Assembly (NCBI GenBank): GCA_963848295.1
Contig: CAWKDB010000010.1
Location: forward strand, 864,001-928,000
Length of the DNA stretch: 64,000 nt
From: an uncultured delta proteobacterium
Lineage (GTDB): Bacteria; Myxococcota_A; Polyangia; Haliangiales; Haliangiaceae
Reading direction: 5' to 3'
Numbering within the stretch: the first letter of the stretch is position 1; every line of letters begins with the position of its first letter. The notes under the pieces were generated by a model. It had not been told where the DNA came from. It searched no databases and saw only the letters and a list, made by a program, of their open reading frames with translations. Below, piece after piece: positions 50,849 through 60,571 of the stretch. The position numbers and the translations under genes were made by a program.

Positions 50849-51739
50849 ATGGCCGAGCTGACGCGGATCGAGCGGCTCGCGCTGCGCTTCACCGAGTTCG
50901 CGAACGAGACCCCGCCCGGCAAGTGGTTGCAGACCCGATTCCTGCGCGGGTTCTCGTACGTCTGGGTCCGCGCCCTGCTCGCCCGCCGCATGCTGTGCGA
51001 AGGGCTCGACGACCTGATGAAGTTGCGTCCCGAGGCCGGCGTGCTGTTCGTCTCGAACCACCGCAGCTTCTTCGATCAATACGCGATGCTGCTCGCTTGC
51101 TACATGGGCCCGGTGCCGTGGGCGAAGCAGCTCAACTTCCCGGTGCGCGCGAACTTCTTCTACGACGAACCGCTCGGCGTCGCGGTCAATGTGTTCGTCG
51201 CCGCCGGCGCGATGTATCCGCCGGTCTATCGCCAGGCCGAGCGCCGCGCGCTCAACGACGAGGCGCTCGACAAGATGGTCGAGATCCTGGGTCGCCCGGG
51301 GTCGGTGCTCGGCATGCATCCGGAGGGCACCCGCGGCAAGGGCGACGATCCGTATGCGTTCCTGCCGGCGCAGCCCGGCGTCGGCAAGGTCGCGCTGCTC
51401 GGCCGCCCGACCGTGATCCCGACGTTCATCCTCGGCCTCGGTAACAACATCGCCGAGGACATCAAGTGGAACTTCGAAGCGGTCGGCCGACGCGCTCACG
51501 CGGTGATCTCGGTGTTCGGCCCCCCGATCGACTACTCCGACCTGCTCGCCGAGAAGCCGCGGCCCGCCCTCTATAAGAAGGCCGCCGATCGGTTCATGGC
51601 CGGGATTCGCGCCGCGTCCGAACGCGAGAAAGCGCTGCGCGCCGAGCTCGTCGCCGGCCGGATCGCCGACGACGATCCGAGGTGGATCGCAAATCGCCAC
51701 GCGGGTGTGCTGTACGCGTTCGAAGGCAAAGAGCCGTAG
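50849..51739 (+). CDS. lysophospholipid acyltransferase (PlsC family)
   Basis: NHRSFFD (HX4D) and HPEGTR motifs. Confidence 0.87.
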   Translation: MAELTRIERLALRFTEFANETPPGKWLQTRFLRGFSYVWVRALLARRMLCEGLDDLMKLRPEAGVLFVSNHRSFFDQYAMLLACYMGPVPWAKQLNFPVRANFFYDEPLGVAVNVFVAAGAMYPPVYRQAERRALNDEALDKMVEILGRPGSVLGMHPEGTRGKGDDPYAFLPAQPGVGKVALLGRPTVIPTFILGLGNNIAEDIKWNFEAVGRRAHAVISVFGPPIDYSDLLAEKPRPALYKKAADRFMAGIRAASEREKALRAELVAGRIADDDPRWIANRHAGVLYAFEGKEP

Positions 51740-51763
51740 CGACCGTGTTAACCTGATCGGGCA

Positions 51764-54133
51764 TTGCCGGTCGGGGAAGACGACACGATCGCGGGGAGCT
51801 CGCTGCCCATCGGGACGGCGACCGCGGAGAGCGAAGCGGGCGACCTGATCGCCGGCCGCTACAAGATCGTCCGGTGGATCGGCGGCGGCGGCATGGGCCG
51901 GGTCTACGAGGCGTTCGACACCGAGCTCGAAGAGCGGATCGCGCTCAAGGTCCTGAAGCCCGGTCTGTCGGCCGAGGCGATCGAACGGTTCCGCCGCGAG
52001 GTCAAGCTGACCCGGCGGATCCAGCACCGCAATGTCGCCCGGATGCACGACATCGGCGATCACGGCGGCGAGAAGTTCCTGACGATGGAGCTGATCGACG
52101 GTCGGTCGTTGACCAGCGATGTCGGGATGGCGCCGATGACGTGGGACCGGTTGAAGAGCATCGCCGAGCAGATGTGCGATGGGCTCGCCGCCGCCCACGC
52201 CGCCGGCGTGGTCCATCGCGATCTCAAACCCGATAACGTGATGGTCGAGCGGATCACGGGACGAGTCGTGATCACCGACTTCGGCATCGCGCGCAGCGAG
52301 GATGATCCCGGCGTGACCCGGATCGGCGCGGTGATCGGAACGCCGCGCTACATGGCGCCGGAGCAACTCGCGGGCGCGGAGCTCGACGGCCGCAGCGATC
52401 TGTTCGCGCTCGGTGTGATGTTGTTCGAGCTCGCGACCGGACGGCGGCCGTGGGACGGCGATACCGCGGTCGCGATCGCGGTCGCTCAGGCGACGCAACC
52501 GCCGCGCTCGCTCGAGACCGCGACCACGCCGATCCCGGCGTCGTTCATCGCGGTGATCGCCGCCTGCCTGCAGCTCGATCCAGCGCAACGGCCTGCGGGC
52601 GCCGGCGAGGTCCGAGCCGCGATCTCGGCGGGCGGCGAACCGCTGTCGTCGGCCGCGGTCGAGACCCGCGCATCGCGCAGCTCGAAGCCGCGCCACATGC
52701 TGACCCCGCCGTCCCCGAGCCAGACGGTCACGCTCGCCGAGCCGACGACGCTAGCAGTGGTACCGATCGCCTGCGCGCCGACCGACGAGTACCTGGCCGA
52801 CGGGCTGGTCGAGGATGTGATCGACACGCTGTCGGGTACGGTAGGCCTGCGCGTTCGCCCCGCTGGCATCGTCCGGACGCGTCCGGAGCCGGATGCGCGC
52901 GAGCTCGGTGCGCGCCTCGATGTCGATCATGTCGTGATCGGCTCGTTGCGCCGCACCGCTACCGGCCTGCGGGTCAGCGCCCGACTGGTCAGCGTCGCCG
53001 ACGGCTTTCAGATCTGGGCGCATCGCGCGGACTGCAACGAAACCGAGATCCTCGACCTCGCCGACGAGATCGCCAGCGGGATCGCGACGGCGTTGTCGAC
53101 GCGCGCGAGCTCGAGCATGCAGCGCACCGATCCACGCGCGGTCGATCTGTATCTCCGTGCGAAGGCGGAGCTGCGCCGCTACTGGGGTAGCCACGCTCTC
53201 GCCGCCGCCGACTTGCTAGCGCAGGCCGCGGAGTACGGGCCGGTCTCTCCACCGATCCTCGGCGCGCTCGCGTTTGCGCGGGTCCATGCCTGGGTCATGC
53301 GGGGACAGCCTGATCTCGCTCCGGCCGCGCGCGCGGCCCTCGAACGCGGGCTCGCGACGGGCCATGGCGAGGCCTATCTCGCGTCCGCGATCTTCAAGGT
53401 CAACAGCGGCGACCCGATAAGCGGTGGCCGAGACCTCGGGATCGCGCTTGCCCGCTCGCCGATGTCGGCGCTCGCGCACGAGACCGCCGGGCGGATCCTG
53501 GTCGAGGTGTCGACCACCGCCGAGGCGCGCCATCACTTCGAGACCGCGCTCGGCCTCGATCCCGGCCGGATCAAGGTCATCGCGACCGACCTGGCGCGCC
53601 TCGACGGCCTCGAAGGCAAGTGGGACGCTGCCGAAGCACGGTTGAGGCCGCTGCTCGACGATCCCGACCCGGCGATGGTCCAGCTCGGCTCGGTGTTCGA
53701 AGCGCGGCTGCATTGCTGGCGCGGCCAGCGCGAACAGATGTTGAACTTCGCCGAGAAGTTCGTGCCGCGGATGGGCGGCAACGCGGCGCGGATCGCCGAC
53801 TTCGTGAAGCATGCCACGGCGACCGGCCACGTCGATCCCGTCGCGTGGGACTCGTTCCTTGGTATCTACGCGAACCGGGACGCGGACACGCCGACGCGCC
53901 AGCAGCTGTTCGGGCTCCAGCTGCTCACCGAGATCGCGCTGATGTTCGGCGATCGCGATGCGGCCTTCGCGACGCTGTCGCGCGCGGTCGAGCGCGGCTT
54001 GATGGATATCGTGTGGCTCGATCACTGTCAGGCGTTGCATCCGCTTTATGGCCTGCAGCAGTTCTACGAGCTGCGTATCGCCGTCGCGGAGCGCGCGACC
54101 GCGGTGCTCGGGGCAATTCGCGCCGCGTCTTAA
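51764..54133 (+). CDS. Ser/Thr protein kinase with TolB-N-like and TPR domains
   Basis: GGGGMGRVY, ALKVL, HRDLKPDN, DFG and APE motifs; YLADGLVED...QIWA; helical repeats. Confidence 0.9.
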   Translation: MPVGEDDTIAGSSLPIGTATAESEAGDLIAGRYKIVRWIGGGGMGRVYEAFDTELEERIALKVLKPGLSAEAIERFRREVKLTRRIQHRNVARMHDIGDHGGEKFLTMELIDGRSLTSDVGMAPMTWDRLKSIAEQMCDGLAAAHAAGVVHRDLKPDNVMVERITGRVVITDFGIARSEDDPGVTRIGAVIGTPRYMAPEQLAGAELDGRSDLFALGVMLFELATGRRPWDGDTAVAIAVAQATQPPRSLETATTPIPASFIAVIAACLQLDPAQRPAGAGEVRAAISAGGEPLSSAAVETRASRSSKPRHMLTPPSPSQTVTLAEPTTLAVVPIACAPTDEYLADGLVEDVIDTLSGTVGLRVRPAGIVRTRPEPDARELGARLDVDHVVIGSLRRTATGLRVSARLVSVADGFQIWAHRADCNETEILDLADEIASGIATALSTRASSSMQRTDPRAVDLYLRAKAELRRYWGSHALAAADLLAQAAEYGPVSPPILGALAFARVHAWVMRGQPDLAPAARAALERGLATGHGEAYLASAIFKVNSGDPISGGRDLGIALARSPMSALAHETAGRILVEVSTTAEARHHFETALGLDPGRIKVIATDLARLDGLEGKWDAAEARLRPLLDDPDPAMVQLGSVFEARLHCWRGQREQMLNFAEKFVPRMGGNAARIADFVKHATATGHVDPVAWDSFLGIYANRDADTPTRQQLFGLQLLTEIALMFGDRDAAFATLSRAVERGLMDIVWLDHCQALHPLYGLQQFYELRIAVAERATAVLGAIRAAS

Positions 54134-54157
54134 TCTCGGCTTAAATCGATCGCCGTG

Positions 54158-54180
54158 CACTTGCAATCGAGTCGCAAGTG
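54158..54180. promoter_or_regulatory. palindromic operator, Fur/Zur-family-like
   Basis: CACTTGC-AATCGAGTC-GCAAGTG, 16 nt upstream of the TonB receptor start. Confidence 0.55.
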
Positions 54181-54196
54181 TCGCAGGGTCGGGCTC

Positions 54197-56587
54197 GTGG
54201 TTGCTCGGAAGATCGCGCCGTTTGCCCTCGCCCTGTTTGCCACGATCGCCACGACCACCCCCGCACGAGCATCCGTAGATGCCGCGATCACCGGCATCGT
54301 CGAAGATCCCCTGTTGCACCCTCTGTCGCGCGCGACCGTCATCGTTCACGACGCCGCCGGCAAGACGGTCGGGCAGAAGCTGACCGGCAAGGACGGCAAG
54401 TTCTCGTTCACCGGCATTCCGTTCGGCGACTACACCGTCGAGGCGAGCTACCCGGGCTTGATGGGCGACCACCAGCATCTACAGATCCAATCGTCCGACA
54501 TCGCGCCGGTCGAGCTCGTGCTCGTCAGCAGCGAAGAGATCATCACGATGCACGAGGACTGGTCCGTTCCCGCGCCGAGCCGCGCGAGCGGCAGCGTCGC
54601 GACGATCACGAGGCAAGCGCTCGCCGAGCAGCCCGGGAGTGAAGATCGCCCGGTCACCGACGTCGTCGCCACCCAGCCCGGCGTCGTCGCCGATTCGCTC
54701 GGCAACATCTACGCGCGCGGCAACCACGCGAACGTCCAGTACCAGATCGACGGCGTCCCGGTGCCCGACTCGGTCGGCAGCTTGTTCGCCGCGTCGATCC
54801 CGGTCCGCCTGGTGCAAGGGCTCGAGGTGTTCACCGGCGGTATGCCGGCGGAGTTCGGCGATCGCCTCGGCGCGGTCGTGAACCTACGCACGCGTGAAGC
54901 CGGCGACATTCCCGAGGGCTCGGTCCAGCTGCGCTACGGATCGTACGACACGGTCGAGCCGAGCGCGGTCTATGCGACGAAGGTCGGCGATCGCGGGGGG
55001 ATGTTCGTCGGCGGCAGCTTGGATTACTCGCAGCGCGCGCTCGACCCGCCCTCGATCGATCCGATCTTGCACGACACCGGTTACACCGGTCGCGTGTTCG
55101 GCCGGTTCGACTACGCGCCGTGCGACGTCAACCGCTACGAGCTGTTCGCGACCTACGCGCACAATCGCTTCGACGTCCCGCTCGATCCGACCGCCGTGCC
55201 GTTCGATCCCGCGAACCCGGTGCAGCCGACCGATCAATACGGCAACGCCGCGCCGGCGTTCATCCCGCACGACACGAACGCGACCGAGACCGAGGACGAA
55301 GCGTTCGTCGCGCTGTCGTTCGTGCACAAGATCGACGACACCGAGTCGATCCAGATCTCGCCACTGTACAAGCTGTCCCGCGGATTATTGTTCAGCGATG
55401 CGGAGCACGCGCTCGGCGCCGGCGCCGATCCGGGATCGACCGCGAGCGACGTCACGCGGCTCGCACATCACGCCGGTGCGATCGTCGCGTACTCGAATCA
55501 CTTCGGGGACAATCTGCTGAAGGCCGGGCTCCAGCTCGACGGGTTGTACGGCGTGACCGACTTCACGTCGTACGTCCGCGACGACGCGACCGGTGGAGGC
55601 ATCGACCCGTCGATGACCGCGCGCGGCACCGACACGACGTACGCCGTGACCTCGGGCGTGTACGTCCAGGACCACTACTCGGCGCACGGCTTCGCGCTCG
55701 ATGCCGGCGTGCGCGTCGACGAGCTCCACGTGATCCTGCAGGGCGGCCAGACCAACGACTCGGCCGGCGTCAGCCCGCGGCTCGGCGGCTCGTACTCGGC
55801 GACGAAGGACACCGTGATTCACGCGTTCACCGGCGTGAACTGGCAGCCGCCGGCGCCGCTCGACGCCGCGAACGCCGCGCGCGCGCTCGGCGTCGTGCCG
55901 CCGAACCAACCCGTCGTCTACGACTTGAAGCCGGAGACCGATCTGTTCGCCGAGGTCGGCGTGACCTCTCGCCTCGTCAGCGAGCTGCGCGCCGGGCTCA
56001 CCGGCTGGGGCCGCTACGCCTACAACCAGCTCGACGACACGGCGATCGGCTCGACCAGCCTGCTGTCGAACTACAACTTCAGCCGCGGACGAGCGGCCGG
56101 TATCGAAGCCGATGTCCAGCTCCGGGTCGGCCCGTGGTTCACCGCGTTCGCGAACGGCTCCTACGGGTTCGCGGAGGGTCGCGGCATCTCGTCGGCGAAA
56201 TATCTGTTCTCCGCCGAAGATCTCGCGAACACCGGCTGGCAGACCCTCGACCATGCGCAGACGCTGACCGCGAACGGCGGCGTGACGGTCCGCGATGGTC
56301 GATTCAGCGCGTCGGGGATCGCGCAGTACGGCTCGGGTTTGCGCACCGGCCCCGACAACGACGAGCACGTGCCGGGTCACGTCCGCGTCGACCTCGGCAC
56401 GCAATACACGTTCACGCCGAAGGGCTATCCGCTCAAGCTCGCGATCGATGTCATCAACCTGTTCGACGCGCACTACGCCTATCGCATCGGCAACGGGTTC
56501 GTCGGCAGCTCGTACGGTGCCGCGCGCAGCGTGTTCGTCACGATCTCCGTGCCGCTCGCGCGCGAACGAAGCAAAGCGACGCACTGA
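54197..56587 (+). CDS. TonB-dependent receptor with N-terminal carboxypeptidase-regulatory-like domain
   Basis: Signal peptide, plug motif YARG...YQIDGVP...GGMPAEFG, SPRLG, LKPE, INLFD; beta-strand pattern. Confidence 0.9.
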   Translation: MVARKIAPFALALFATIATTTPARASVDAAITGIVEDPLLHPLSRATVIVHDAAGKTVGQKLTGKDGKFSFTGIPFGDYTVEASYPGLMGDHQHLQIQSSDIAPVELVLVSSEEIITMHEDWSVPAPSRASGSVATITRQALAEQPGSEDRPVTDVVATQPGVVADSLGNIYARGNHANVQYQIDGVPVPDSVGSLFAASIPVRLVQGLEVFTGGMPAEFGDRLGAVVNLRTREAGDIPEGSVQLRYGSYDTVEPSAVYATKVGDRGGMFVGGSLDYSQRALDPPSIDPILHDTGYTGRVFGRFDYAPCDVNRYELFATYAHNRFDVPLDPTAVPFDPANPVQPTDQYGNAAPAFIPHDTNATETEDEAFVALSFVHKIDDTESIQISPLYKLSRGLLFSDAEHALGAGADPGSTASDVTRLAHHAGAIVAYSNHFGDNLLKAGLQLDGLYGVTDFTSYVRDDATGGGIDPSMTARGTDTTYAVTSGVYVQDHYSAHGFALDAGVRVDELHVILQGGQTNDSAGVSPRLGGSYSATKDTVIHAFTGVNWQPPAPLDAANAARALGVVPPNQPVVYDLKPETDLFAEVGVTSRLVSELRAGLTGWGRYAYNQLDDTAIGSTSLLSNYNFSRGRAAGIEADVQLRVGPWFTAFANGSYGFAEGRGISSAKYLFSAEDLANTGWQTLDHAQTLTANGGVTVRDGRFSASGIAQYGSGLRTGPDNDEHVPGHVRVDLGTQYTFTPKGYPLKLAIDVINLFDAHYAYRIGNGFVGSSYGAARSVFVTISVPLARERSKATH

Positions 56588-56615
56588 CAGCGGCGCAATC
56601 GCGTAGGCTCACCGG

Positions 56616-57272
56616 ATGAAGACGATCGCGTGTATTGCCCTGAGTCTCGTCGCGTGCTCGAAGAAGCCGAGCGGCGACCAATGCCAGCAGATCACCGACA
56701 AGGCCATGCCGGTGATGCAAGAGATGGCGAAAGCGGCCGGCAAGGACATGCCGCCCGGCGGCGCCGACGAGCTCACCCAGCAGTGCCGCGATCGACTGAA
56801 GTCCGGCAAGCCGCTCGACGCGGACAGCAAGTGCATGCTCGCCGCCGGCGATCAGGCCGCGGTGCGCGCCTGCTTCGAAGCAGGCCTCAAGGACTATCAG
56901 CGCAAGTCGAAGGCGATAAATGGCAAGGTCGCGCTGCATGCCGCTTCGAGAAGCGCGAAGGAAGCGTTCGTCGACAAGAACGCTTACGTCGTCGGTAAAG
57001 CGGGCCCGACGCCGGCGACCGCGTGCTGCGCGCAGCCCGACCATGTCTGCGCCGAAAACCCCACCGACTGGACGCAGTCCCCGATCTGGACCGCGCTCCA
57101 GATCCAGGGCGCCGAGTCGAATCAGTACCAGTTGACGTACGAGAGCACCGACGGCAAGTCGTTCGTGATGACCGCGATCGGCGATCCCGACTGCGACGGC
57201 CATCCGATGACGCTCACCACCCACGGCAGCATCGGATCGAACGGCGAGCCGGTCGCCGACGACCCGAAGTAA
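56616..57272 (+). CDS. lipoprotein with pilin-like C-terminal domain
   Basis: LVAC lipobox; YQRKSKA helix, CC, WTALQI, YQLTY and AIGDPDCDG motifs. Confidence 0.65.
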   Translation: MKTIACIALSLVACSKKPSGDQCQQITDKAMPVMQEMAKAAGKDMPPGGADELTQQCRDRLKSGKPLDADSKCMLAAGDQAAVRACFEAGLKDYQRKSKAINGKVALHAASRSAKEAFVDKNAYVVGKAGPTPATACCAQPDHVCAENPTDWTQSPIWTALQIQGAESNQYQLTYESTDGKSFVMTAIGDPDCDGHPMTLTTHGSIGSNGEPVADDPK

Positions 57273-57275
57273 CGG

Positions 57276-57503
57276 CTAGCGCTTGTCGCTGTCTTCAACG
57301 AGCCGCGGCACGCCGCGCACCGGCTCGTGCGGCTCGACCTTGTCGCGGACGAACGCGATGAATGCCATCGCCGGTCGCCGCGACGACTCGGACATCGCGA
57401 ACCGGATGCCCTCGAGCGCCCAGCCGCGGCTGACCCACGCGTTGACCGCTTCCTCGATCGACTCGTCGGTGACGATCGAGAGCTCGACGAACTTGTAGAC
57501 CAT
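57276..57503 (-). CDS. small DUF4177-like protein
   Basis: [28 protein letters not shown]; start overlaps the hemB stop. Confidence 0.7.
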   Translation of the reverse strand: MVYKFVELSIVTDESIEEAVNAWVSRGWALEGIRFAMSESSRRPAMAFIAFVRDKVEPHEPVRGVPRLVEDSDKR

Positions 57504-58483
57504 CAGCGCGCCTTCGCGAGCAGCTTCGCCGCGTACGGCGCGTGGTACGTGATGATCGTATCGGCGCCGGCGCGGCGAATGCCGAGCAGCGTCTCGATCA
57601 CGATCCGCTCCTTGTCGATCCAGCCCTTCTCGGCGGCGGCTTCGATCATCGCGTACTCGCCCGAGACGTTGTACGCGCAGATCGGCATGTTGATCTCGTC
57701 GGACACGGCGCGGATCACGTCGAGGTACGCGAGCGCAGGCTTGACCATGATCATGTCGGCGCCTTCGGCGACGTCCATCGCGGCCTCGCGCACCGCCTCG
57801 GCGACGTTGCCCGGATCCATCTGGTAGCCCTTGCGGTCGCCTTGCTGCGGCGCGGAGTCGACGGCCTCGCGGAACGGGCCGTAGTACGCCGATGCGTACT
57901 TCGCGGAGTACGCGAGGATCGCGATCTGATCGTGACCTTCTTCGTCGAGGCTCTCGCGACACGCGCCGACGAAGCCATCGAGCATGCCGCTCGGCGCGAC
58001 GACATCGACGCCCGCCTTCGCGTAGCTCACGACCATGCGCGCGAGGTTCTCGAGCGACGCGTCGTTGTCGAGCTCGCCGTGAGACAGCACACCGCAGTGG
58101 CCGTGATCGGTGTACTCGCAGAAACACGCGTCGGCGATCACGACGAGGTCGGGGCGCGCCTTCTTGATCGCGCGGATCGCCTTCTGGACGCCGCCCGAGT
58201 CCTTCCACGCCTCCGAGCCGACCGCGTCCTTGTGCTCGGGGATGCCGAACAGGATCACGCTCGGGATGCCGAGGTCGAACGCGCGCGAGGCCGCCTCGAC
58301 GACCTTGTCGACCGAGTAGTGCGACTGGCCGGGCAGCGAGCTGATCGGCTTGTCGATATTCGAGCCCGGGACGACGAACAGCGGATAGATGAAGTCGTCG
58401 ACGGACAGCCGGGTCTCGCGCACCATGCGGCGCAGCGTCTCGGTCCGTCGCATCCGGCGCGGCCGGTAGTCGGGGTATTGCAT
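57503..58483 (-). CDS. hemB: porphobilinogen synthase
   Basis: [19 protein letters not shown] (Zn site), YSAKYAS, YQMD, MVKPAL and YNVSGEY motifs. Confidence 0.97.
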   Translation of the reverse strand: MQYPDYRPRRMRRTETLRRMVRETRLSVDDFIYPLFVVPGSNIDKPISSLPGQSHYSVDKVVEAASRAFDLGIPSVILFGIPEHKDAVGSEAWKDSGGVQKAIRAIKKARPDLVVIADACFCEYTDHGHCGVLSHGELDNDASLENLARMVVSYAKAGVDVVAPSGMLDGFVGACRESLDEEGHDQIAILAYSAKYASAYYGPFREAVDSAPQQGDRKGYQMDPGNVAEAVREAAMDVAEGADMIMVKPALAYLDVIRAVSDEINMPICAYNVSGEYAMIEAAAEKGWIDKERIVIETLLGIRRAGADTIITYHAPYAAKLLAKAR

Positions 58484-59220
58484 CACCTCGGTGGATACAC
58501 CGCCGCGACCGCTCGCGCTATTCCCTCCGGCGTCGGGGTGGCGGCGACCGCGACCTCGGCGACGCCCGCGGCCCGCAACGCAGCCGCCGTCGTGTCGCCG
58601 ATCGCGCCGTAGTGCGTCGCGATCGCGGCGAGCGGGCCGATCAGCGCGGCGAGCGCGGTGACTTGGGAGGGTGCGAACAGGGCACACACCGCGGCGCGCC
58701 CGGACTCGAGCAGCTCCCTGCCGCGAACGAGCTGCGGCTCGCCGGCATCGACCGCGACCGTGCGGTACGCGATGACGTCGACGACGTCGGCGCCGGCGGC
58801 GCGCAAGATCTCGACCGCGTCGGTCCGGCCCTCTTCCGCGCGCGGCACGAGCACGCGGCGCCCGGCGAGCGCGCGCGCGGCGACGAGCCGGCGTGCGAGC
58901 TCGGCGCCGTCGTTCGCCCCGTCGGGGTGGTGCGCCGCGATCTTCGCGATGCCGAGCGCGCGTCGGGTCGCCGGCCCCACCGCCCAGACCTCGGGCAGCT
59001 CGCGACCGGCGGCCGCGCGAGCGAGCTCTTGCGCCGCGCGCGGGCTCGCGACGACGATCGCGGCGTAATCCAGGTCGAGCGCCCGGGGCAAGGCCTCGCG
59101 ATCCGCGGCGGCGGCGGTCTTCGTCACCGGCATCGCGACGGTCTCGAGCCCGAGCGGCGCGAGCGCCGCGGCATACGCTGCCGCGGACGCGAGGTCGCGA
59201 GTCACCACGGCGAACGCCAT
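58483..59220 (-). CDS. hemD: uroporphyrinogen-III synthase
   Basis: VVTR, AVGPAT, PRAEEGR, AYRT and AIGDTTA motifs; coupled to hemB. Confidence 0.85.
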   Translation of the reverse strand: MAFAVVTRDLASAAAYAAALAPLGLETVAMPVTKTAAAADREALPRALDLDYAAIVVASPRAAQELARAAAGRELPEVWAVGPATRRALGIAKIAAHHPDGANDGAELARRLVAARALAGRRVLVPRAEEGRTDAVEILRAAGADVVDVIAYRTVAVDAGEPQLVRGRELLESGRAAVCALFAPSQVTALAALIGPLAAIATHYGAIGDTTAAALRAAGVAEVAVAATPTPEGIARAVAAVYPPR

Positions 59221-59241
59221 ACCTCATGGTAGCGTGCTGCG

Positions 59242-59733
59242 GTGCGCTCGTTCCTGATTGTCGCGCTGATCGCGATCGGCTGCTCGACCACCGGCGCGCG
59301 CGAGGATCATCCGGTGGCGAACAGGACCAGCACGGCGACGACGCCAGCGCAGCCGAGCGGCGCCAAGGTCTACATCGGCACGCCGCGCGGCGAGGTCGCG
59401 GTTGCGGTCGAGGTCGTCAAGACGCCACGCGCGATCGAGCGTGGCCTGATGTACCGCCAGAACCTCCCGCCCGACGACGGCATGTTGTTCCTGCTCGGCG
59501 TCGAGAAGGATTGGCCGTTCTGGATGCGAAACACGCTGATCCCGCTCGACATGATCTACATCGCGAAGAACATGACGGTGGTCGGCGTCATCGCGAACGC
59601 CGAGCCCGAGACCGACACGATCCGTTCGGTCGGTGAGACCTCGCTCTACGTCCTCGAGGTCAACGGCGGGTGGTGCGCCTCGCGCGGCGTCGCCGTCGGC
59701 TCGAAGGTCCGGTTCGAAAAAGTCGAGCGCTAG
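59242..59733 (+). CDS. DUF192 family lipoprotein
   Basis: [24 protein letters not shown] and YVLEVNGG motifs. Confidence 0.9.
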   Translation: MRSFLIVALIAIGCSTTGAREDHPVANRTSTATTPAQPSGAKVYIGTPRGEVAVAVEVVKTPRAIERGLMYRQNLPPDDGMLFLLGVEKDWPFWMRNTLIPLDMIYIAKNMTVVGVIANAEPETDTIRSVGETSLYVLEVNGGWCASRGVAVGSKVRFEKVER

Positions 59734-59741
59734 ACCTGTCC

Positions 59742-60419
59742 CTAGACGCCGAGGTGCATCGGGCTGTGCGTGACGGTCGCGCAGAAGACGTTCGAGTAGC
59801 CCGATTCGCCGTTCGCGTTGTACGCGGTGAGCGCGAAGCACGCCTGGTCGCCGATCCGCAGGTGGAGATCGGTCCAGCCGTCATACGCCGACGACGGCAT
59901 CGCGGGATCGAAGCCCGCGCGATCGACCGAGATGTCATCGATCTGCGTGAACGTCGACGTGTCGTCGGTCGAGCCCATGTACAGGCGGTAGCCCTCGATC
60001 ATGTCCGCCGGTGCGTTCGGGTTCCACGTGAGCGTGATCGTGACGCCGATCGCGCACGTCGCGCAGCCGACGGTGACGGCGACGGCCGCGGTCGAGGTCG
60101 TGCCATCGGGGTTCGACACCGTGTAGTGCAACGAGTCGGCGCCGAGATAGTCGGTGCCCGGCGTGTAGGTCAGCGTTCCGCTCGAGTCGATCGACGCCGT
60201 GCCGTAAGCCGGCGTCGTGATCGCGAGCGTCGCGCCGTCGTCGACGCCGTCGTCGTTGTCGAGCACGTCGAGTTGCGCCGGCGTGTTCATCTCGACCGCG
60301 AGCTGATCGTCGACCGCGTCGAGCGCGGTGACTCCACCGCTGCCGCCGCCGGGTTTCGTCTTCGAAGCGCAGGCGACCGTCAGTAACATCGTCGCAACAC
60401 AAAGCATCGAGGTGCGCAT
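59742..60419 (-). CDS. lipoprotein with Ig/cadherin-like and FN3-like domains
   Basis: TVAC lipobox, AVDD...LDVLDND...YTP...D.LHYTV, LTAYNANGESGYSN. Confidence 0.75.
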   Translation of the reverse strand: MRTSMLCVATMLLTVACASKTKPGGGSGGVTALDAVDDQLAVEMNTPAQLDVLDNDDGVDDGATLAITTPAYGTASIDSSGTLTYTPGTDYLGADSLHYTVSNPDGTTSTAAVAVTVGCATCAIGVTITLTWNPNAPADMIEGYRLYMGSTDDTSTFTQIDDISVDRAGFDPAMPSSAYDGWTDLHLRIGDQACFALTAYNANGESGYSNVFCATVTHSPMHLGV

Positions 60420-60571
60420 GACGGCGATGAAGTGCAAGCGCGAGGCCGCGCGAGATTTCACGGGCTTGCTCGCGCCGAGCGCCGGTCTTGCCGGCGAGCC
60501 GAGTTGCCGGTTGGGGGCTGGGACGCCCCGACCTCGCAGTTGTGACCGCGTTCATCGCGTCGCTGCGGTGA

